Shown here: positions 37,001 through 49,500 of the stretch, in pieces
Numbering within the stretch: the first letter of the stretch is position 1
Layout of the letters: the number at the start of each line of letters is the position of its first letter
Assembly (NCBI GenBank): GCA_030704615.1
Contig: CM060733.1
Span: 18,786,001-18,850,000 of the forward strand
DNA: 64,000 bases
Source: Takakia lepidozioides
Lineage: Eukaryota > Plantae > Bryophyta
Direction: 5' to 3'
Made by a program: the position numbers and the translations under genes
The notes under the pieces: generated by a model
Told to the model about the DNA's origin: nothing
Seen by the model: the letters and a program-made list of their open reading frames with translations, nothing else
The model's database searches: none

Positions 37001-38945
37001 CTTTGATGATATCCCCATGCACCTCTTTGCCCTTCTCCAGGGCTGCCAGGCTTGCCAATGCATACAAACATGATGTGGCCGGGTTGGACCCCTTCCCCCA
37101 TCAGTTGCTCATAGGTCTCCAAAGCCTCCATCCCATATCCCTGCTGTGCATACCCTGCAAGCATCACACTCCACGACACCACATCTCGTTCAGCCATAGT
37201 GTTGAACACTCCCTTTGCATCCTCGATGCACCCACATTTTGCATACATGTCCACCAGGGTATTGTTCAAAATGACATTTGGTACAATTCCAGCTCTGAAG
37301 GTGTCTCCATGGACCTCCTTCCCTTTTTCCAGAGCTGCCAGGGTAGTGTTTCGAATGACATTAGGTACAATTCCAGCTTTGATGATATCCCCATGCACCT
37401 CTTTGCCCTTCTCCAGGGCTGCCAAGCCTGCAATACACACAAACATGATGTGGCCGGGTTGGACCCCTTCCCCCATCAGTTGCTCATAGGTCTCCAAAGC
37501 CTCCATCCCATGTCCCTGTTGTGCATACCCTGCAAGCATCACACTCCACGACACCACATCTCGTTCAGCCATAGTGTTGAACACTCCCTTTGCATCCTCG
37601 ATGCACCCACATTTTGCATACATGTCCACCAAGGTATTGTTCAAAATGACATTTGGTACAATTCCAGCTCTGAAGGTGTCACCATGGACCTCCTTCCCTT
37701 TTTCCAGAGCTGCCAGGGCAGTGTTTCGAATGACATTAGGTACAATTCCAACTTTGATGATATCCCCATGCACCTCTTTTCCCTTCTCCAGGGCTGCCAG
37801 GCTTGCCAATGCATACAAACATGATGTGGCCGGGTTGGACCCCTTCCCCCATCAGTTGCTCATAGGTCTCCAAAGCCTCCATCCCATATCCCTGCTGTGC
37901 ATACCCTGCAAGCATCACACTCCACGACACCACATCTCGTTCAGCCATAGTGTTGAACACTCCCTTTGCATCCTCGATGCACCCACATTTTGCATACATG
38001 TCCACCAAGGTATTGTTCAAAATGACATTTGGTACAATTCCAGCTCTGAAGGTGTCACCATGGACCTCCTTCCCTTTTTCCAGAGCTGCCAGGGCAGTGT
38101 TTCGAATGACATTAGGTACAATTCCAACTTTGATGATATCCCCATGCACCTCTTTTCCCTTCTCCAGGGCTGCCAGGCTTGCCAATGCATACAAACATGA
38201 TGTGGCCGGGTTGGACCCCTTCCCCCATCAGTTGCTCATAGGTCTCCAAAGCCTCCATCCCATATCCCTGCTGTGCATACCCTGCAAGCATCACACTCCA
38301 CGACACCACATCTCGTTCAGCCATAGTGTTGAACACTCCCTTTGCATCCTCGATGCACCCACATTTTGCATACATGTCCACCAGGGTATTGTTCAAAATG
38401 ACATTTGGTACAATTCCAGCTCTGAAGGTGTCTCCATGGACCTCCTTCCCTTTTTCCAGAGCTGCCAGGGCAGTGTTTCGAATGACATTAGGTACAATTC
38501 CAACTTTGATGATATCCCCATGCACCTCTTTGCCCTTCTCTAGGGCTGCCAAGCCTGCAATGCATACAAACTTGATGTGGCCGGGTTGGACCCCTTCCCC
38601 CATCAGTTGCTCATAGGTCTCCAAAGCCTCCATCCCATGTCCCTGTTGTGCATACCCTGCAAGCATCACACTCCACGACACCACATCTCGTTCAGCCATA
38701 GTGTTGAACACTCCCTTTGCATCCTCGATGCACCCACATTTTGCATACATGTCCACCAGGGTATTGTTCAAAATGACATTTGGTACAATTCCAGCTCTGA
38801 AGGTGTCACCATGGAGCTGCCAGGGCAGTGTTTCGAATGACATTAGGTACAATTCCAGCTTTGATGATATCCCCTTGCACCTCTTTGCCCTTCTCAAGGG
38901 TTGCCAGGCTTGCACAAGCATTGCAATGCACACAAACATGATGTG
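34048..38945 (-). repeat. Tandem array of 13 near-identical ~375-bp PLS-PPR coding units (125 aa each), frameshifted; PPR pseudogene or satellite
   Basis: Anchor AAACATGATGTG (or a 1-nt variant) recurs at ~34074, 34449, 34824, 35191, 35566, 35940, 36315, 36690, 37066, 37441, 37817, 38193, 38568 and 38934. Units of 367, 374 and 376 bp break the frame. Confidence 0.95.
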
Positions 38946-40936
38946 AGAGGGCAAAACAGGTTGAAATAGGTCAAAGAAGAAGATGCGCTCACTACATTGT
39001 CCTTGAGGTTGTATCATGACTTGACCGACCATCAACCCAAAAGGACCTCTTGTGTGTGTTGCTTGTGTCTGTAGTCAGGTAATGTCGGATTGGTCTGTGA
39101 GATCGAACCACCACGGTGTAGCTAAGTAGGCAGAGATTGAAACACGGCCTGCTATGACCAAGCTAACTCTCCCAAGGACGGCAGGCTCGCAAGAATGTTG
39201 CGAGCTTCTCCTCGTCTCATCTCCTCCTCCTCTCCTCCTTCCTGCATCATTTGCTCAACGCCTCCATCCCACGCCCCTGCATATCTTGCGATCATCGCGT
39301 TCCATCCCTCAGCTACATGGTGTGGCGCAGGGAGACAAAAAAAAACGCCAAGTCCCAGCCCTCCTTTGTGTTCACGATTACCCTAATGGGCAACCTTATT
39401 AGCAACTTTTTGATTTTTTAACCTTTTGCACTTTGATTCATTTTAGGTCAGAGGCTAAAGTCCTGCTACCAGACTTGTCTAGAAAACCAAAACACCACGT
39501 AGACAAACATTTGATAATGGTAATAAAAAATATTACCATTGGGCTGGTTTGAACACTTGTTAGTAAATTTATGTTAGGATTTTTAGGTTAGGATTTTTTC
39601 GAAATATTCTGGTTTTTTCTTTGATGTGTGAGATGACAAAGTCCAAGCATGTCACATAAACAAGGAGTTCAACGTAAGGATGATGCAAGTGATTTGTGGC
39701 AAAAAGTGTAAATCATGCCTATGCCTATTTGTCCTAGTTGTGTCATAGGTTGCAACGGAACGGGGCCACCTTTGAATGCGATCCCCATGCTCATTTCACC
39801 AAGGGCATTATAGACTTCATAATGGAGAGATTGAAAATGGGGTGTATTCTTCACTTGCTAGTAGCCCATCGTATGCTTCCAACTCTTCCTGTTGAGCCTT
39901 AATACATTAGATGAGCTTTATTAGAACACATACTTTCTATTAAAGACTATTGCCTTTGATTTCTGCTACACTACGTGATGGTGCTGGATTTGTTGTTTTA
40001 CAGCACAACATAAGCTTTTTTCGGTTTATAGTACTGGTATGATGCTGTGGCTTGAATGATATCAAGCATCTAAGTAAGAGGACATAGGGAACCACAATCT
40101 TTTGTTTTTAGGCCATGTATGATGCCTGATGCAGACCATCTGGGTTCCTGTCCTTCTCTACTTGTTTGTGACCTTGCAAGTACCCTGCTAGAGCAGATAC
40201 AGATTGCCCCAAGACCTAAAACGGGCTCTGGGATAGACTGGCTTTACTACTAAGGCATATACCATGACATATTTTTCTGGATTTCTATATAGTCTGTGAT
40301 TATCAGTAATCACTTACTGCTCAAAACCTTTCGAATCCATTTATACACTGGCCCCAGATTGAAACTAGGTCTTGGGACAAAAAACAAGATGTGTGGACAT
40401 CCCCTTCATGTGTAAATAGTTTAGAAGCTGTTTATTGCTCTAATCTGACCATTATGGCTATATGAAAACTGGGACTTCTTCTCCAGTTTATTAATGGGAA
40501 CATGGGTGGTAAACTTAGCAAGTTAAACATAATTTTCTTGCTATGAAATGTTTCTAATATTCCGTATGAAGCATACCCTTGATTGGGTCCCTGTTTGTCT
40601 GAAACGGATGTTTATATGATCCCACCCCCCCTCCCAGAGATTTCATGAACTGTGAGATCTGTTATATGTCATCAGACTGGTTTATGAATGAAGAGTGATT
40701 GAAAGTGCCTCGTTATGAGGCTGATTTGTCATACAAATTGACAAAGACCTTGTTTGGTCTTGTCCATGTCTTGACAAGACATTTTATCTTCTCTCTCTCT
40801 CTCCTCTCTTTTGTGCTGCTCACAAAAAAAAAAAACCACAGAGGGAAAGAGGGGGTAGGAAAAGTTAATAAGAGAGAGAGGGAGACAGAGGGAGAGAGGG
40901 GGAACAATGAAAAAAAATGGGTTGGGGGGGGGGGGA

Positions 40937-42960
40937 GGTCAGATGGTGGGGTCAGCTGCAGCATATGTCCAACACCAGATATCCCAAGTTAATCGACTCT
41001 ATATCTTGGAAACAGGCCACCGACCTGTCAAACAGGCTAAGTCCTGGCAGAAGACAGTAGAAGAGATTCTCAAGGACCTGGACCTGGAACCGCAAGTCTT
41101 CACCCTGCTGGATAAATATGACTTAGAAGCTATAGTGTCCAACCGTGTCTGTTGCCATGAGATTGTCTGATGAAAATGAAGTTAGGCAAAAAACTTCCCT
41201 GAACTTGTTTCCAGTCAGTGACATGGGGGAGGACATCTTGGATGACCTCAAGGGTCTACCCACTCTCGGCACTAGACTGAAATTTAAACTCAGGGTAGGA
41301 AGCCTACCTTTGAACAACAAACAGAAGCAGAGAGGAAAGAGAGAGTGCAATTGCCCGTTGTGTGGACAATCTGAAGACAATACTCATTTTCTGATACATT
41401 GTCCGGGGTTCTCTCACCAAAGAGACGCTCTCTTCAAATCTATCAAGGGAATTGTGCATGTACCTCTGTTTACTAACTTTGAAAAAGTCGAGGCTGAGTC
41501 AAAAGCCCAACCCCATCTGAGGCCTAGTTTTTGGGCATCTCACACACAGCAGATTGATGCTTGTGTGAAGGGATTTGTAGAGGATATCTGGAAAACCCGG
41601 ATTAATTCTATATGTGAAGGTAAGTCTTACTACCAACGTCAGCCCCTGACAGAGGTAGGATCTGTCCCTTTTATTTCCCCAAGAGAGGGGGCAACAAAGA
41701 AAAAAAAAGAATGTGGGGGGGGGGGTGATCAGCAACAGCTGCTCAGTCACCCCCCCCCCCCACCTTTTTTTTTTTTTTTGTTGCCCCCTGATGTCTCCCT
41801 CTCACTCCCTCTCTCTGTCCCTCTCTCTCGCTCTCTCGCTCTCGCTCTCTCTCCCTCTCTTCTGTGCTGCTCTCTTTTAAGCTCCCGACGAGATAAATCC
41901 AAGGTCAGATGGTGGGTTCAGCTGCAACATATGTCCAACACCAGATATCCTAAGTTAATCGACTATATATCTTGGAAACAGGACCGCCCACCGACTTGTC
42001 AAACAGGCTAAGTCCTGGTAGAAGACAGTAGAAGAGATTCTCAATGACCTGGACCTGGAACCGCAAGTCTTCACCCTGCTGGATAAATCTGACTTAGAGG
42101 CTGTAGTGTCCAACCATGTCTGTGGGCAACCTGAAGACATTATTCATTTTCTGATACACTGTCCGGGGTTCTCTCACCAAAGAGACGCTCTCTTCAAATC
42201 TATCAAGGGAATTGTGCATGTACCTCTGTTTACTAACTTTGAAAAAGTCGAGGCTGAGCCAAAAGCCCAACCTTTTCTGAGGCCTAGTTTTTGGGCATCT
42301 CACACACAACAGATTGATGATTGTGTGAAGGGATTTGTAGAGGATATCTGGAAAACCCGGATTAATTCTATATGTGAAGGTAAGTCTTACTACCAACGTC
42401 AGCCCCTGACAGAGATAGGATCTGTCCCTTTTATTTCCCCAAGAGAGGGGGCAACAAAGAAAAATAGAGAATGTGGGGAGTGACTGACCCTCTCTTCTGT
42501 GCTGCTCTCTTTTAAGCTCCCGACACCCTAAATTCAAGGTCAGATGGTGGGTTCAGCTGCAACATATATCCAACACCAGATATCCTTAGTTAATCGACTC
42601 TATCTCTTGGAAACAGGACCGCCCTGTCAAACAGGGTGAGCCCTGGGAGAAGAGAGTAAAAGAGATTCTCAAGGATCTGAATCTGGACCCGCAAGTCTTG
42701 ACCTTGCTGGATAAACTTGACTTAGAGAGTGTAGTGTCCTTGAAAGCCATGTCTGTTACCAGAAAATTGTCCGATGAAAATGAAGTTAGGAAGAAAACTT
42801 CCCTGAACCTGTTTCCAGTCTGTGACATGGGGGAGGACATCATGGATGCGCTCAAGGGTCTATCCCACTCTTGGGACCAGACCTAAATTTAAAGTCAGGG
42901 CAAGAAGACTACCTTTGAACAGTAAACAGAAGTAGAGAGGAAATGGAGAGTGCAATTTCC
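40937..42960 (+). mobile_element. Three tandem, differently deleted C-terminal segments of the RTEX-like LINE
   Basis: Segments start GGTCAGATGGTGG at ~40937, 41902 and 42538. They encode KVRWWVQLQHMSNTRYPK (RTE-like W..L..M...R.PK) and CPLCGQSEDNTHFLIHC, and are separated by (CT)n and homopolymer tracts. Confidence 0.8.
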
Positions 42961-43319
42961 CTGACGTACCTCTGCTGCTGCAGGTGCTTGAAGCGAGTTG
43001 GGTCCCCGCCGCTTCAGGGCGTCTCTCCCCCGCTCACCACGGCTCTCTCTCTCTCTCTTCAGTTCGTTAGGTCGCGCCTCTGCGCGGCGTTCCTACCACA
43101 CAGGGGAGAGAGACATCAGCCTGTGCTTAGGGCAAGAAAGAAAGACAGAAAGTGAGGGAGGAGGCGGTGTTTACCTTGGGGCCTTGCGACCACCTCGGGC
43201 TCAGCAGCAGGTGCGTTTCTCCTCCACCCTAAACCCACTCTTTGAACTACCTCTCTCCCAAAGAACAAACGAAAACGGGAGGGGAAAGAGATGCTTCAAG
43301 CACTTAGGGGAAAAAAAGG

Positions 43320-43560
43320 GCGCGGCGCCCGACCGTCGCATGCCTGCGCCCGTCCTTTTTTGAAATGTAAAAATGAAGATTGCGACGGCTGGCCGTTGTT
43401 TCTTGCGACCCCCGGCCCCATAAATAAAAAAACATGTCGACCCCCGCGACGGCTTTCCGTCGCGGGGTGCGACCCCCAGGTTAAAAAAAAAAAAAAAAAA
43501 AAAAAAACTCGTCGTCCAATGCGACGCCAGGGTGTCGCAGGAGGCGATGCCCGACCTTTC
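43320..43560. repeat. GC-rich GCGAC-motif block related to the CACTA subterminal region at 29330-29885
   Basis: TTGCGACCCC and GCGACGCCAGGGTGTCGC match 29847-29880 (GCGACGCCAGGGCGTCG...TTGCGACCCC). Confidence 0.6.
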
Positions 43561-43594
43561 TGGATTTAGGGTTTAGGGCCTTTTCGGTTTCTTA

Positions 43595-46500
43595 GTTTAT
43601 ATTTATTTATATTTATTTTTTCATATGGTACTGGGTTAGAGTGTTTGCTTTTCTTTATGGTGTTGGGTTTTGGATTGGCGGTTTTGGTTGTGGGTCTTGG
43701 GGTTAAAAGGATAAACGGTGTAATTAGGATTCAGAGCCCTGTAAAGAAGGGATGGAGAGAGATCCAACTAAACGCTGGTGAGAGGGAGCTGCCATAACAT
43801 AGCAGCAAAACACATAAAAGATGAGCCAAAGTGCAAAACTGTTTGGATCCCAGCTGAGGGAGGAGAGAGTTCTAGAGTTGCTCACTGGCAGCAGCAAAAT
43901 GGGCTTTCCTATAAGAGCTAAAGATAGACTTGTAACAAACTGCTAACAGCCTAAGGTTGGTACATGACTAGAGTCCGAAAGTGAGCTGAATGCAAAATAG
44001 GCCCAAGTCTGAAAACAGGCAATGCAGCCCCAGGGATGCCTTCCCCAATTACCCTCCAAAATCCAGCTGCGCTTTAGACTTTGGTGGCCCCTGCTTCTGA
44101 TGGCGCCAATTGACGTCCGGTGCTTCGGAGTCAGCAGGTGATTTTCCAGGGCCTGGGGATGTCGTCATGCCAAACAATTCTGGATTCTGAGAGCCTGGAG
44201 CAGATGAGGTTGCCCTTTGCCCAGGTGAGGTCGAACTCCGCGAACAATCGTTGGCGCTTCCTTTCACTGCACCTGCTAGAAGCTGAAATCAAAGTCACCC
44301 AAGCTTACGTCCCTTAGTCATCAAATCAGCATACAATCTGGCAAGCAATGTTCTGATGCTGGGACTGCCTCCCTGGAAAATTAAGGAACACTTAGCTTTC
44401 CAAACTGTCCAGAGAGCATGGCCTCTGAGGGTAGCCCAGATGGGGCATCTGTCCCATGGAGATCCATTGTGCAGATTTAGTAATAGCAAAGGGGCAGAGA
44501 GAGGGGGCAACGCATTCCAATTGGCATAGAGGGCTTCCACGTAACCCCATATTCTTGAGGAAATGTGACATTGGAGTAGGCAGTGCTCCATTGTTTCCCT
44601 AACTCCACAGGAGCAGATTAAACAAGCAGGGTCCATGTCAATGAAAGAATCTGCCACATGTAAAATACGGTTCGCTATTTTCCACAAGAAGGCACTGACT
44701 TTGGCTGAACGGTGTTTGGTTCAGATGTCTCTCCACACCTTGTTCCAGCAGGAGATTGGTAGGTTGAGGGACCACTTGCTATTCCACCTTCACAAGCACT
44801 AGCGATATTGGCAGGGCACTCATTATTCAGAAGCAAAGTTGTACCATCAGCATACATTGACAATTTGACAGACGAGTCCTGAGAAACTTTCAGACCCACT
44901 ATGTCTAGAAGCAAAATAATGCCCTAGAGCGTCTGCTGCTATCAGGAACAGGTAAGGGGCTAATGGGCATCCCTGCCTTACAGACCTGAAGAGAACAAAT
45001 GGTTTTGCTATGGCCCCGTTAACAGAGACCCTGCTAGATGCTGAGCTGAGGAGAAGCCTTACCCATGTAGAGAAAGTTTCCGGCATACCAATTTTGTCCA
45101 TCACTTTTTGCAGGAAGCCCCACTCAATATTGTCAAAGGCCTTTTCAAAATCTAGCATAAGAATGGCCAGAGGCTGCTCCGTGTATTTTGCTTTGTGCAT
45201 GGCTTCATGAATGAGGAGCAGGTTGTTAAGGATCATTCTTCCCTTGAGGAATCCAGTTTGCTCTGGTCTAATAATCCGAGAGAGAACTGGTTGGAGCCTT
45301 AGGGCCAAGGCCTTGGCAATGATCTTATAAGTGGTGTTTAGCAATGTGATAGGCCTATAGTTGGATAGCTTACTCTTGTCCCTTTAAAAAAAAATCAAAG
45401 TGATCAATCGTGCGGACATTTGTGATGGCATAATGCCCTTCTAGAGTATATCCTTTGTCATAGCCACAAAATCATCCACTATGGTATGCCAAAGAGCCTT
45501 AAAGGATTCTATGGGAAGTCCATCCAAACTAGGCATTTTACCAGATTTCAGAGAATTCATGGCATGCGCCAGCTGACGAGCCCTGGTCGCGCGCGGCCAG
45601 GGTGACGGCATACTAGCCTAGGGGGTCGTGGCAAGTTGCGGTGTAGGTTGGGCTCAACGAACCGCCTACCCGGCTGCGGTAAGTGTAGGGGTCCGTGGCA
45701 ACTATGGACGGATCTAAACAGTCTAACTTCCTACCGGCAAAACAAAGCTTAACAACTCCACTTCACATGCCGATTTGTGTTTCCTAGTCCTACGTTTTGT
45801 TTATGGGTTTTCTACGTTTTTAATCGTAATTGCCTTCCAAGTCTTTGTTTATTACTACTTCTTACATGCATGGACTCCCAACACGCTTATAGCCGGGACG
45901 AACCTTCAAATCCCTGCACAAAACGAATCTCGAGCCCAGAAGAACGGGGATCATCTATCTCCCGCCCAATGCCCCCCCTAAATCCTGAGGTGGATTAGTT
46001 TCCTACCTCCTAGGAAGAGACCAGATCCGCTTTCCCAAGTCAGTCTCTCATGCTTAGAGCGATCCAAGTTTCAACCTCAATGGTCAGTCCATCGGGTGAA
46101 TGATAACTATTCAAACCTCTAGGTAATTCCCGAGATCTAATAAAACAATGGCCGTTCCTTGGCCCAAGGCCCCCCAGCGGCCGGGTACTTGACTTCAAAT
46201 ATCCTCGGCGGAAGGGGGCGATACCTCATTTAAAACTTCCGTTTTTAAGTTAAGGGGGTCCGGATAAAATCCCTTATTAAAGGCGAAATACCCTGCTGAA
46301 TAATAAAGAACAAATCATTAAAACCCTCCTACAAATGCATGAAATTCGTAGAAAATCGTAGGATGCTGGAGCTAACTAAATTACCCTCAAGGTACCAGGG
46401 GAACACCTTGGGAACACCCTTTATGTCGAACCGCTCTCCACTTGGGAGCGCCCCTAAATTCCTATACCAATCAATAACGCATTAGCAACTGAAACCATCA

Positions 46501-49500
46501 CCGGGCCAAGATGAATGAAATTTGCCGCCCATCAGTTTCTCATCTGATCGCTGCCCTGGTGTGTAAACAATGATTAAACATTCAGTGGGTCCCAAGGTCC
46601 ATTCCCTGCGCCTCTTCCACCTACTTCCAATATAATCTGATTAATTTATGCAAGCAACCAGCCTAGAACGAAGTTGGAACATGTCATCTTCTACCTTATG
46701 AAACCCCTACTGGGGATTCTCTCCTCCCTGTCTCTGGGCTCTCTCTCTCTGCCTGTGGCATCCACCCTGAGCCGTGCTTTCACAAGCCCCGGAATACATA
46801 TCAAACTGCTGGCCTCACTGGGGCCTATCCAATGGTTCCAACCATTCCTTATCCTTTGCTAAAACACGCCCTTATTCCCATGCAAGAAGCATGAATAGTG
46901 CACAAGAAATCAAAGGCATAGGGAGAAAACCCCCCTTAAAATACCCCGTCCTAGGGACCAACAGTCCCTGGCGGGGTCTGTCGTAATATGCAGCAGTTAA
47001 AACCGATACCCCGCGGCCAGCGCTACGTGGCACGACGTGACTGGCCCGCTGCCGGCGCGGGTCCAGTGGGTAATAACAGGCTCCGTCGTCTCTGCCGCTC
47101 GTTTCGTACCTGCGCGGGCCCAGCTATGGCACCTGGTGCTGCCACGCAGTGTACCAGCAACTCGTACTTCCAGGGGTCAACTCCCCCCACGGGGGAAGGC
47201 CGCGCCACCCGTGTTAGATGCGCCTTTCCATGGCAATTCTAGGCAACCTCCTTTGTTGACCTCCAGCCCAAAGGCGCCTAAGGTGCCGACACTTTAGTGT
47301 TGGGCTCTGCCTTTTTTGGCAGCTCTCTACAAAATAGCTTAACCACTTATAAAACTAGTTAGCACTACCTCTCATGGTCCTCTATGGCCAGGGGGCTTAT
47401 GAACATAGATATGAACTTAATAATATGGAAATTTTGGTGATAGCTTCGCCGTCTCATGCAATATGGCCGTTGCCACTAAACTAGAAAGGAAAATTTGACA
47501 AGAGCTTCGCCACTTCATGCAAGCTCGCCCTCTCCTTAAATATAATAATGGACATCTATCCTCACTTCCATGACGTAATTGGGTTAGATTCCTAAGGCCC
47601 TGTCTCCTGGGGCTTCACACCTGTGCTCTTCACACATGTACATAAAGATGCACACACATCATCTTTGAAAGATGGTTAGTTTTTATAGATTTTTAGCAAG
47701 CAATGCTACAAGGTCCTTTCTTGGAACAAACTTGAAACAACAAATGAAACAAATGAATTCAAAGGTCAAGATAGCATGGTAAGTCACCCTTTGAAACAAG
47801 TGGTGCTTGGGATGCATTAAATCGCTCGGTAGAATGGTACTCAAATCTGGTCCTCCTCCGAAATTTCTACTCGTCCTCAAGTCTCCCACTTCATGGAGCA
47901 CTTCCTCTACTTCTTGCCTCAAATGGCCACGAGGCCTTGAGCTAAGACTATCCTGCTCTCACTATGCTTGCTTCTATTAATAGAGAGCCACAAGCTCAAC
48001 TCTCTAGAAACTAGTTCCCTCAAGCTCAAAACTAACTACACAAGCAAGAGGCCAAAACAAGGAAATGAGACTAGATTGAAGAACAAGAGGAGCCTGCTCT
48101 TCTTTTATTGTGTTTTTGGGGGTCTCTTAAACTAGTGAATGATAGTCTTAAACTATTATTTCTTACATGAGTCTATAATTTAAAAACGATAGAACACCAT
48201 AAAATAATAACCATGGATGGAAAACCTTGGTGTTAATGATAAATTTGGTTTTTCATCCATCCAATGGATGACCAGTTGGCGCTAGGTTGTCTTCTCATCC
48301 CTCGAGCTTGCAGGTCGAATTTCCAGTTTTCATCCATTGGATGAACTAGAATTCCATTGAATCGCCTTTCGTAACTGCCTCCGGCCTGATAATTTGATTC
48401 CATCTTTCATCACCTCCAAAAATCCCCAAACTTGGTGACAAATTATAATTAGATGCCCAGCAGCTGTCCATAAAATCTCAAGGGAATCGGGGAAGAAAAG
48501 CCATACATTTGGTTGGTTTCCATGGTTTCGCCACATAGACAGTCTGCCGCTTCCTGGCAGTAAAAATACTGGTGGTGCTCCCAGGGGGTCTGCCCTGCCA
48601 CTGGGTCACAGATCATCTGGAGTTTCCTCCTACATACTTTGCATTGCTGAGGAGTTCAAAACTTTGCCGGGAAGCTTCTTCACCCGTCGTTTGCTCCGAT
48701 GCAGCACTTGCTTTGTCGCGATATTTCATCGCTATACAGATTGTTTCTTCCAATTGCCAAGACTCCTCGCCGCATGCTCCTACTAGACTTGAAATGCAGG
48801 AGAATAGAGAGATCGCAATCCGGGACTGGAACAGTCTCCATGTATTGTTTCGAACATGTGCATGTTGTCGTTACTAGTACCGAATTGATAACCTAACTCG
48901 CTGTCGATGCAGCTTCCTACGGTCATTTTGATGCCAAAGCTCCTCCATGGTCGTCTCAGACATAATCTAAATTCCTACGTGCTTTACCAGCGATTCCCAG
49001 ATAACTCGCAAACTGCCCTGCTTTGGCAGTATAATGCCAAAACTGTCTGCCTTAAGATCAAAAACGATCTGAAAAGAAATTTGTTCCAATATATGCATCT
49101 ACACCAGCTCAGAATCCGAGAGCGGGGCAGCCAAATCTACCTTCTAATCTCCAGTAAGAAGCGGGGGAATGTGTTGCAAGATAGCATCAGATGCCTGGTC
49201 TGATTCTGGAGAGATAGCTTTTTTTGAGAAGAGGGCGACAAAGTGCCGCTCTGCAATATGAGCCATTTCCTTCGGAGAGGTAGAGATCGAGCCATCCTCT
49301 CTTGAATGAGAGGCAATAGAGGAGGCCATCGTCCTGTGCTTGGCCTTAATGAAAAAATACCTAGACATTTTTTCCCCTTTAAGAGACCAATTGACCCCGG
49401 CTTTAAGCTTTAGGGTGTTCTCACTTTCCTGCTTAAAGTGCCAAAGGTTTTATTATAATTCTCTAGAGTACAGGGCCCTCTTGACCATTTTCCATAAGCT

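Noticed and set aside
34207-38946. Long plus-strand ORFs (e.g. 36823-37824, 333 aa) in the PPR array
   Set aside because: They are antisense shadows of the repeated PPR frame with no independent protein features.
38112-39035. Intact functional PPR editing factor
   Set aside because: No organellar targeting peptide, scrambled N-terminus, frameshift after about two units, and no E/DYW domain.
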